Below, one piece after another: positions 42,501 through 51,309 of a DNA stretch of 64,000 nucleotides. Below the pieces are notes generated by a model that made no database searches, had not been told where the DNA came from, and was given only the letters and a program-made list of their open reading frames with translations. Both the position numbers and the translations under genes were made by a program. The first letter of the stretch is position 1. Every line of letters begins with the position of its first letter. The DNA comes from Hemiscyllium ocellatum. Its lineage: Eukaryota. The DNA lies in the NCBI RefSeq assembly GCF_020745735.1, contig NC_083403.1:127056526-127120525 (forward strand). The letters are read 5' to 3'.

Positions 42501-45500
42501 ACATCTCTGGTATAATATTGCTGAACCAAAGTTCCTCAAACTATAAAATCTGGTTGCTGTTGATAACACTATTGTCTAATATGATGAAAGATAACTTGCA
42601 ACTCTGACCTTGTTTCCAGGTAGTAAATTAAACAGATGCAATTCAGTAACCAACCAGTATGCTGCAGCTTGTGTCAAGGTTGCAGAAGAATGTGGAATTG
42701 ATGTGCTTGATCTCTGTACCTTGATGCAAATGAAGAATCAGGTAAGAAAAAAATAAGATGCAGTGTGACCAATTGTAATGCTTGGAAGGGAACTTTGTAT
42801 GTGCTGATTCCGTGCATTTGCTGCCCTTGCTGTTAGGAGTTGGAGGTTTGGAAGGTGTTGTTGGGAGAGCCTTTGAACTGCTGGTAACAGACTCCCAGAG
42901 ATCAGTATGACAGACAGATTGGAGAATTAAAATGCCAGATGATCAAAAGCTCAAGATCACACTTTCAGATTGAGCAGAGGTGTTTCATAAAATGGTCTCA
43001 ATCTGTGTTTAGTGTCCGGAGTATAAAATGGACCATATAATGAGCAGCAAATAGAATAAAAAGGTACATGATAATGGCTGTAACACTTCAAAGTGTTTGG
43101 GCCTTGGCTGGTGAGGAGAGTGAAATGAGTAACATCTCAGGTTTTCCATCTCCTGCACTTGCATAAAAAGGTTCCAGGGAATAAACTAATTGAATTGTAC
43201 CATTCAGTGTTTTATCCAAAAATTGATGGTTTATCAGCTAAGTTGTTGACTCAGTAATAAAACTCAGAACAACAGAGACTGAAGCTGTCAGAGCATTAAC
43301 ATGCGAGGTTATCTGTAATAGTGCAAAGTATTAATTGCACAAGCTAAACAAGCAGGAGGCTGGAAGAACACAGCAGCATCAGGAGGTGACAAGTCAACAT
43401 TTTAAGTGTAACCCTTCTTCTAGTTGCACAAACAGCAGGAAACATTGCTTTACAGAATTATACAGCACAGGTTTAGCATGTTAAAGCTCATCAGAAACCT
43501 TGCAGCAATCTGTGGAACCAATCTGAAGCCCATCTATCCTACACTATTCCAATTTCATCTGTACGTTTATCCAATGACAATTTAAATGCCCTTAAAAGTT
43601 GGTGAGTCTACTACTGTTATACCAGTGCATTCCAAGCCCCTACTACTCTGAATAAAGAAACTACCTCTGACATGTCTTCGTACTAGCCATCGCCATCAGG
43701 GGAAAAAGGCTCTCAATGTCCACCCTATCTAACCCTGATTATCTTCCATATCTCAATTAAATCACCTTGCAACCTCCTCCTCTCCAACAAAAATAGCCTC
43801 AGGTCCCTCAACCTTTCCTTGTAAGATCTTCCCTCCATACCAGGCAACATCCTAACAAATCTCCTCTGAACCCTTTCCAAAACTTCCACATCCTTCCTAT
43901 AATGCAGTGACCAGAACTAGACGCAATACTCCCAAGTGTGGCCGCACCAGAGTTTTGTACAGCTGCAGCATGACCTCATTGCTCCGAAACTCAATCTCTC
44001 TACCAATAAAAGCTAACACACCGTATGCCTTCTAAGCAGCCCTTTCAACCTGGATGGCAACTTTCAGGGATCTATGTACATGGACACCGTGATCTTTCTG
44101 CTCATCGACACGATCAAGAATCTTACCATGAGTCCAGTACACACTATTCCTTCCAAAGTGAATCATCTCACACTTTGCTGCATTAAACTCCATTTGCCAC
44201 TTCTCAGCCCAGCTCTACAGCTTATCTATGTCCCTCTGTAACCTGCAACATCCTTCAGCACTATCCACAACTTCACTGACTTTAGTGTCATCCACACATT
44301 TACTAACCCATTCTTCTACACCCTCATCTAGGTCATTTGTAAAAATAACAAACAGCAGTGGCCCCAAAACAGATCCTTGCGGTACACCACTAGTAACTGA
44401 ACTCCAGAATGAACATGTCCCATCAACACCACCCTCAGTCTTCTTTCAGCCAGGCAATTTCTGATCCAAACTGCTAAATCACCCTCAATCCCATGCCTAC
44501 ATATTTTGTGCGATAGTCTGCCATGGGGAACCTTATTAAATGCCTTACTGATATCCATATACACCACATCAACCGCTTTACCCTCATCCACCCGTTTGGT
44601 CACCTCAAATAATTCTAAGGTTTGTGAGGCATGATCTACCCTTCACAAAACTATTTTGACTATGCCTAATTAACTTATTCCTCTCTAGATTATAAATCCT
44701 CTCTCATATAACCTTTTTCAACAGTTTACTCACAACCGAACTATAGCTCACTGGTCTATAATTACCAGGGTTGTTTCTACTTCCCTTCTTGAACAAGGGG
44801 ACAATATTTGCTATCCTCCAGTCTTCTGGCACAATTCCTGTTTAAGAGTGCATTATGGTTTAATAAGTCTTCTGCTTTCCTGACACAATCCTGATTAGGA
44901 GAAAATGAGGATTGCAGATGCTGGAGATCAGAGCTTAAACATGTGTTGCTGGAAAAGCGCAGCAGGTCAGGCAGCATCAAAGGAACAGGAGAATCGACGT
45001 TTCGGGCATAAGCCCTTCTTCAGGAAGGGCTTATGCCCGAAACGTCGATTCTCCTGTTCCTTTGATGCTGCCTGACCTGCTGCACTTTTCTAGCAACACA
45101 ATCCTGCTGCTAGAGTTGAAAAGGCCACTGACCTTTTTGAATCTGTAATGCCATTCAGAGATCACAGCTAATCTCATTACTCCACATTCCCACCTATCTC
45201 AATAATCTGTCACTCTCTTGTGAAGAATTTATCTATCTCTGCCTTAAAAATATTCATGGACTCTCTCTCCATTGCCCTTTTGATGGAGAGTATCATCTTG
45301 ATCATAAACAGGTGACTCATGTTTTTTTTCCTAGTGACCCTCTATGTTCTAGATTCTTCCACAAGAGAAATCATCCTCTCCATATCCATCCTGCCAAGAC
45401 GATTTTGTGTTTCAATCAAGTTGCCTCTTATTCTATGCCTTGTTTTTATACACCTTCTTCATAATCTAACCTGTTCATTCCTGGTATTAGTCTAGTAAAC

Positions 45501-46185
45501 ATTCTTTGAACTGCTTTTAACTCATTTACATCTATTTTTAAATAAGATTAGATTCCCTACAGTATGGAAACTGGCGCTTTGGCCCAACAAGTCCACACTG
45601 ATTCTCCAAAGAGTAACTTACCCAGACCCATTTCCCTCTGACTAATGCACCTAAGACTATGGGCAATTTAGCATTGCCAACTCACCTGACCTGCACATCT
45701 CTGGACTGTGGCAGGAAACCAGAGCACCTGGAGGAAACCCACGCAGACACGGGGATAATGTGCAAACTCCACACAGACAGTTGCCCGAAGCTAGAATCGA
45801 ACCTGGGATAAGCAGACCAGCACTGCTGCAAATGTGGTTTCACCAATGCCCTGTAGAACTAAAGTGTAAAATACTGCCAATAGAAGGTTAAGTAAATTCA
45901 ATTTCTATGTTTCAACGTTGCTGTGGCTGTAGTCAATCTAAACTACAGCTATCCATCTTGTCTGTGAATAGCTTGTAACTGATAACTTTGAAGGCTCTTT
46001 TTAACGCGATACAGGACTTTTCCTCTTATCTTTCGGATGGACTGCACTTATCAGAGAAAGGGAATACATTTCTGGAAACCCATTTATGGGCCCTGCTGGT
46101 AAAGAAAACTGAAAGACTGCCAATGATTCTACCTCACTGGAGCAACGTTGATCACCTGAATCCTGAAGCCAGCTTCCCGGTGTAA
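32946..46185 (+). CDS. IAH1: IAH1 isoamyl acetate-hydrolysing esterase homologue (SGNH/GDSL hydrolase), whole spliced span, 6 exons, 717 nt = 238 aa
   Basis: Motifs [20 protein letters not shown] and DGLH are spread over six exons in one frame. Confidence 0.95.
33538..33840 (+). mobile_element. HE1-type SINE
   Basis: Head to (TAATC)3 tail. Confidence 0.9.
35046..35098 (+). CDS. IAH1: IAH1 exon 2 ([18 protein letters not shown])
   Basis: TAGCAG tandem acceptor, GTAAGT donor. Confidence 0.92.
36531..36563. repeat. (GT)n microsatellite
   Basis: About 16 GT units. Confidence 0.95.
36620..36768 (+). CDS. IAH1: IAH1 exon 3 ([17 protein letters not shown]...FGANDSALK)
   Basis: TAG/GTAGGC. Confidence 0.95.
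38675..38836 (+). CDS. IAH1: IAH1 exon 4 ([13 protein letters not shown]...[17 protein letters not shown])
   Basis: TAG/GTAATG. Confidence 0.95.
39070..40980 (+). mobile_element. Old degenerate CR1 LINE with nested PLE-repeat and SINE insertions
   Basis: Residual TETWL, WQMEYNV and RT C-terminal motifs. Confidence 0.65.
39897..39932 (-). ncRNA. Minimal type I hammerhead ribozyme motif in a PLE terminal repeat (39805-39932)
   Basis: CUGAAGA-A-GGAC-UCCU-GUCC-GAAAC-GUC. Confidence 0.65.
41741..41985 (+). mobile_element. CR1/HER1 3' tail fragment
   Basis: TGGAATGAGCTGCCAGAGGAAG...CTCTATGACTCTAT. Confidence 0.85.
42620..42741 (+). CDS. IAH1: IAH1 exon 5 ([19 protein letters not shown]...LMQMKNQ)
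   Basis: CAG/GTAAGA. Confidence 0.94.
43520..44840 (-). mobile_element. CR1 LINE RT fragment, decayed
   Basis: [20 protein letters not shown] on -; frameshifted. Confidence 0.88.
44898..45100. mobile_element. Palindromic PLE terminal-repeat element with 11-bp TSD
   Basis: Same sequence as 62789-62897; arms of about 77 bp around a TTCAG loop; ACACAATCCTG at 44883 and 45096. Confidence 0.85.
44991..45026 (-). ncRNA. Minimal type I hammerhead ribozyme motif
   Basis: CUGAAGA-A-GGGC-UUAU-GCCC-GAAAC-GUC. Confidence 0.65.
45545..45808 (-). mobile_element. HE1-type SINE
   Basis: Tail and V-domain on -. Confidence 0.85.
46015..46185 (+). CDS. IAH1: IAH1 exon 6, terminal ([13 protein letters not shown]...ASFPV*)
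   Basis: CAG acceptor, catalytic DxxH, TAA stop. Confidence 0.95.
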   Translation, partial: DFSSYLSDGLHLSEKGNTFLETHLWALLVKKTERLPMILPHWSNVDHLNPEASFPV

Positions 46186-46420
46186 TTCAATCACAGAGGG
46201 TTTCAACATATTAAACATAACAGTGGAATATGTATGGAACTTAGGAGCTACAGAACATTGTTATGCAGAGTGACAGCAAACATACAAGTTACATTTGTAC
46301 AACAAACGTTTTTGCGAGATACCAAATGAATTCTAGTTTTATACTTTACGTTTCAATCAATTATCACTTGCTTCATAATGAAAGGAAAGATATGAGATCT
46401 GAAATATGTAAAAACTTCAA

Positions 46421-46426
46421 AATAAA
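46421..46426 (+). terminator. Candidate IAH1 polyadenylation signal AATAAA
   Basis: First AATAAA after the stop, about 235 nt downstream. Confidence 0.55.
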
Positions 46427-47741
46427 GTAATGCTGAAGTAACAGTTTGAAATTACGACTGCTGTTGTTATGTAGATCTCATTGCATTACAGCGTTTCTCA
46501 AAAACAATTCGAACTGCTGGTATCCTTATCTGTGTCGAATCCAACAAAAGGTCACCACATAGAAATACCTCAAGATATCTGTGCTTGTGGAATAGAACAG
46601 ATGCCCATTCTAATCCCACTTTCCAACACTTCAGGTGCAAACTGAGGTTCCTTTCAAATGAGTTGATGGTTTCTGTCTCAATCGCCAAACAGGGCAAATA
46701 ATTCCAGACCCTAGATTGCTGTCTCAGTTTGTTCAATATATCATATCAGTTGCATCTTTTGCTATAAATTCTGTGTCCTATGACCCTGCTCCACAGCTAC
46801 CTGAAGAAAGAACAGTGCTCCAAAAGGTGGTGCTTCCAAATATATCTGTTGGACGATAACCTGGTGTTTTATGATTTTTCACTTTATCCACCCCAGTTCA
46901 ACACCAGCATCTCTATATTGTGGCAGCCTGTACAGAGACAGTTTGAGTGGATCCATTCAGATTCTGGGTTAACACAAAAAAACAAAATACTGTAGATGCT
47001 GCCAGAACTGCAAACAATTTTCAGGTTTTTAAAAAAATTTCTGACTCATCGTCCTGATCAATTAAGTCATATCATTCTCACTTCCTGTCATTTTCAAAAC
47101 TGCTCTTAAAATAGAAGTTTCTGTACTCATTATCATTCTGAATAATAAGTGATATCTACATAATCTATTTAAAGCAGAGGCCAATTAGCTTAACCTCAGT
47201 TGTTAGTAACATTTTAATAGTACATTAAGGATGAGATTGGATTACTTGGAAATGCGTAGTAAAATAGGGCTGAGTCAGCATCACTTTGTCATACCTGACA
47301 AATCTGTTAAATTCTAGCAGTAACAAGGAAATTAGACAGAGAGCCATTTTACATGATCTATTTGCATTGCCAAAATGCCTTTAACAAGTTGCACAAGGTC
47401 ACAACTATTCAAGTTATACATTAGTGATCTGGACAAAGGAATTATTAAATTTGCAGATGAGAAAGAGATAAGTAGAAGGACAGATAGTGTTGAGATGTGG
47501 GGAGGCTGCAGAAAGACTTAGATTGGTTAGGAGAGTGGGCAAAGAAGTGGCAGATGGAAAACAATGTGGGAAAGTGTGAGGTTATGCACTTTGATAGGAA
47601 GGGTAGAAGTGTAGGCCATTTTCTAAATAGAAAGTTTTCAGCAATCTGAAGCACAAAGGCACTTGAGAGATCGGATTTAGATTTCTCTGAAGGTTAACAT
47701 GCAAGTGGAGTTCACTGTTAGGAAGGAAAATGTAATTAGCA

Positions 47742-48204
47742 ATTTTTGAGATTTGTAGCTCAGGTTGGTAAGTATGTAAGTTAGCTTGCTGAGCTTGAAG
47801 GTTTGTTTTCAGACGTTTTGTCACCATAACAGGTAACATCAGTGAGAGTCTCTGGTGAAGTGCTGGCGGTGTGTCCCACCTCTCTATTTATAGAGATCTT
47901 GGTTTCTTAAGGTGGGTGATGTCATTTCTGGTTCTTTTTCTTTCCAAGGGAGGGTAGCTATTTTCTAAATCAATTTAACCATTCTAACCAGAACTCCATC
48001 AGTAAACATATCAATTTAGATCCTATCTGCCTTTCCTTGAAAAAAATAACAGGAAATGACATTACCCATCTTAAGAAATCAGGACCTATAGGGAGGCTGC
48101 ACACACCACCAGCACTTCACCAGAGACTGTCACTGATCATGTTACCTGGTATGGTGATGAAATGTCTGAAAACAAACCTTCAAGGTCAGCAAGCTAACTA
48201 TACT
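47742..48204. mobile_element. Non-coding PLE remnant made of two inverted terminal repeats
   Basis: Similar to the ends of the 23.5-25.5 kb element; flanks GAAAATGTAA(CA)TTAGCA duplicated. Confidence 0.8.
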
Positions 48205-48252
48205 GAAGAAAATGTAACATTAGCATTCATTTCAAGAGGGTTAGAATACAAG

Positions 48253-49780
48253 CCTGATGGCATTTACCCCAGGATCCTATGGGAAGCTAGGGAGGAGATA
48301 GCAGAGCCATTGGCCTGGATTTTTATGTCGTCATTGTCAACGGGAATAGTACCAGAGGACTGGAGGATAGCGAATGTGGTCCCATTGTTCAAGAAAGGGA
48401 GTAGGGATAGCCCTAGTAACTATAGGCCAGTGAGTCTGACTTCAGTGGTGGGCAAAGTCTTAGAGAGAATGGTAAGGGATAAGATTTATGAACATCTGGG
48501 TAGGAATAACGTGATCAGGGATAGCCAGCATGGTTTTGTGAAGGGCAGGTCGTGCCTCACAAACCTTATTGAGTTCTTTGAGAAGGTGACTAAGGAAGTG
48601 GATGAGGGTAAAGCAGTAGATGTTGTGTATATGGATTTTAGTAAGGCGTTCGATAAGGTTCCCCATGGTAGGCTAATGCTAAAACTTCGGAGGTATGGCA
48701 TTGAGGATACATTAGAGGTTTGGATTAGGAATTGGCTGGCTGGAAGGAGACAGAGGGTAGTAGTTGATGGATTATGTTCATCTTGGAGCGCAGTTACTAG
48801 CGGTGTACCACAAGGATCTGTTTTGGGACCATTGCTTTTTGTTATCTTTATAAATGATCTAGAGGAAGGACTTGAAAGCTGGGTAAGCAAGTTTGCGGAT
48901 GACACAAAAGTCGGTGGAGTTGTGGATAGTGAGGAAGGAAGTGGTAGGTTACAGCGGGATATAGATAAGTTGCAGAGCTGGGCGGAAATGTGGCAAATGG
49001 AATTCAATGTAGCTAAGTGCGAAGTCGTTCACTTTGGTAGGAATAACAAGATGATGGATTACTGGGCTAATGGTAGGCTACTTGGTAGTGTGGATGAGCA
49101 AAGGGATCTTGGTGTCCATGTACACAGATCTCTGAAAGTTGCCACCCAGGTAAATAGTGCTGTGAGGAAGGCATATGGTGTACTGGGCTTTATTGGCAGA
49201 GGAATTGAGTTCCGGAGTCCTGAGGTCATGTTGCAGTTGTATAAGACTCTGGTGAGGCCTCATCTGGAGTATTGTGTGCAGTTTTGGTCGCCATACTATA
49301 GGAAGGATGTGGAAGCTTTAGAACGAGTGCAGAGGAGGTTTACCAGGATGTTGCCTGGAATGGTAGGAAAATCTTATGAGGAAAGGCTGAGGCACTTGGG
49401 GCTGTTCTCATTGGAGAAGAGAAGGTTTAGGGGAGATCTGATAGAAGTGTATAAGATGATTAGGGGTTTAGATAGGGTAGATACTAAGAACCTTTTACCG
49501 CTAATGGAGTCAGGTGTTACTAGGGGACATAGCTTTAAATTAAGGGGTGGTAGGTATAGGACAGATGTTAGGGGTAGATTCTTCACACAGCGGGTTGTGA
49601 GTTCATGGAATGCCCTGCCCGTATCAGTGGTGAACTCTCCTTCTTTATGGTCATTTAAGCGGGCATTGGATAGGCATTTGGAAGTTATTGGGCTAGTATA
49701 GGTTAGGTAGGATTCGGTCGGCGCAACATCGAGGGCCGAAGGGCCTGTACTGCGCTGTATCCTTCTATGTTCTATGTTCT
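48253..49780 (+). mobile_element. Young 5'-truncated CR1-clade LINE with uninterrupted RT frame to the stop at 49701
   Basis: [39 protein letters not shown]; (TTCTATG)n tail; AAG duplicated at both ends. Confidence 0.95.
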
Positions 49781-50414
49781 AAGACCAGAGATGTACTGCT
49801 GAGGCTATGTAAAGGCTCTGGTCACCCAGAATTTGGAATACGGAGAACAATTTTGGGCACCATATCCAAAGAAGGATGTGTTGACCTTAATGGTGGGTCC
49901 GGATAAGATTCACAAGAATGGTCCTGCGAATGAAGGGCGTGTCATATGACGTATGATCGAGGACTCTGGGTTTGTGATTGGAGGGAGTGGAATCTGATTG
50001 AAACTTACAGAATTTTGAGGGCTGGATGTAGTGGACATGGAGAATTTGTTTCTATTAGTAGGAAAGACTAGGTCCCAAGCGCACAGCCTCAGAGTGAAAA
50101 CACAGCCTTTTAGAAGGAAGAGGAGGAGGAGTTTCTTCAGGCAGAGTGTGGTGGATCTGTGGAACTCACTGCCAGAGGCAGCTAGGAAGGTCCAGTCATG
50201 GAGTGTAATTAAGACAGATAGACAGCTTCTTGAAATATGCAGTTCAAAAGTTGCATGGAGTTGAGAAACCTATCAACCATGACTAAATGTTAGGGAAGGT
50301 TTGATGGGGTGAATAGCCTAATTCTGCTCCTATATTTTAGTTTTATTCCCCCACCACCCTTCCCAATATTTAAGGCTCCTTGGTAAAACAGACAAATTAA
50401 TTAAAAATCCAAAC

Positions 50415-50420
50415 TTTATT
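50415..50420 (-). terminator. Candidate ADAM17 polyadenylation signal AATAAA (another at 50745-50750)
   Basis: TTTATT on +; T/GT-rich tract downstream on -. Confidence 0.5.
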
Positions 50421-50955
50421 AAAGTACGTTTTCATAATAGTTCCCCAAAGTTTTTATATTCACAAAAGCTTAAATCATTACAAAAATTCCAACAATCTTC
50501 CCACATTGTTTGCAAGTACTGATACAGGGAAAAGAAGTCTGACGTGTTAGTTATAAATATGATAAGCTAACAATTTGTGTATCAGTCCTTTCAAACAGCA
50601 ATGTCAATTCCTTGATTTTTTTTGTTTAAAAAGAAAAATACTTGCATTGCATGCAAGACTTGATGTCTATGTCCAGGTATACACTGAATGTTATAATTAA
50701 TTCAACTTTGTTAATTTGTGATTAGTCATGATTGGGCCAAATTATTTATTAAAAAAAACTTTAGAATCAGAGTTGCATTTTTCAGGATCAGTTATGAGTG
50801 TCTTAAGTCAGAAACAAACGGTTTTAAAAAATACTGCAACAATAGGCAAAATACCATATCAAATTTACATATAGATGGATCCAACTTGTAACAAAAATCA
50901 GAGAAGCCACACGATAAATAATTCAGTTTTATAAAAAGACTACTGACTCAGGACC

Positions 50956-51309
50956 TCAGCACTCCGTCTCCTTACTGTCAATGCGGGTTTGCCGCTGCAA
51001 TTTAAATGCAGATGCCTTGTCACTCCTGTTGACGGTATGACCTGTTAAATCTTCAAAAGATTTTGCTGCTTGGCTACTATTTGGAAAAGGATCCTCGTCT
51101 AACGCACTCTCACCAATTAGAGAGTCAGCACTAGGATCTTCCTGTATAGTGTCCATGCGATGGTGGTCAGGTTTTGGTGGCACGGCCACCGTTGGGATAG
51201 TCACTTGTGACGGTGGTACTGGTGGCAGTTGAAAACGGTTTGTAGACTGAGGAAGAGACTTCACTATTCGTACGGAGGCAGATTCTAAGCTGCTAAACAT
51301 CTCCGGGTT
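50956..51309 (-). CDS. ADAM17: ADAM17 terminal exon ([17 protein letters not shown]...RIDSKETEC*)
   Basis: CAG acceptor, TGA stop, PDZ-binding C-terminus. Confidence 0.96.
   Translation of the reverse strand, partial: NPEMFSSLESASVRIVKSLPQSTNRFQLPPVPPSQVTIPTVAVPPKPDHHRMDTIQEDPSADSLIGESALDEDPFPNSSQAAKSFEDLTGHTVNRSDKASAFKLQRQTRIDSKETEC

Larger units (their letters stand above)
47220..50340 (+). mobile_element. Older CR1 LINE split into pieces (47220-47740, 48205-48252, 49781-50340) by two nested insertions
   Basis: Decayed RT motifs continue colinearly across the insertions. Confidence 0.75.

Noticed and set aside
48037-49701. 554-aa ORF as a host gene or novel RT system
   Set aside because: Standard 5'-truncated CR1 ORF2 with its own 3' tail; the N-terminus is a patchwork of other repeats
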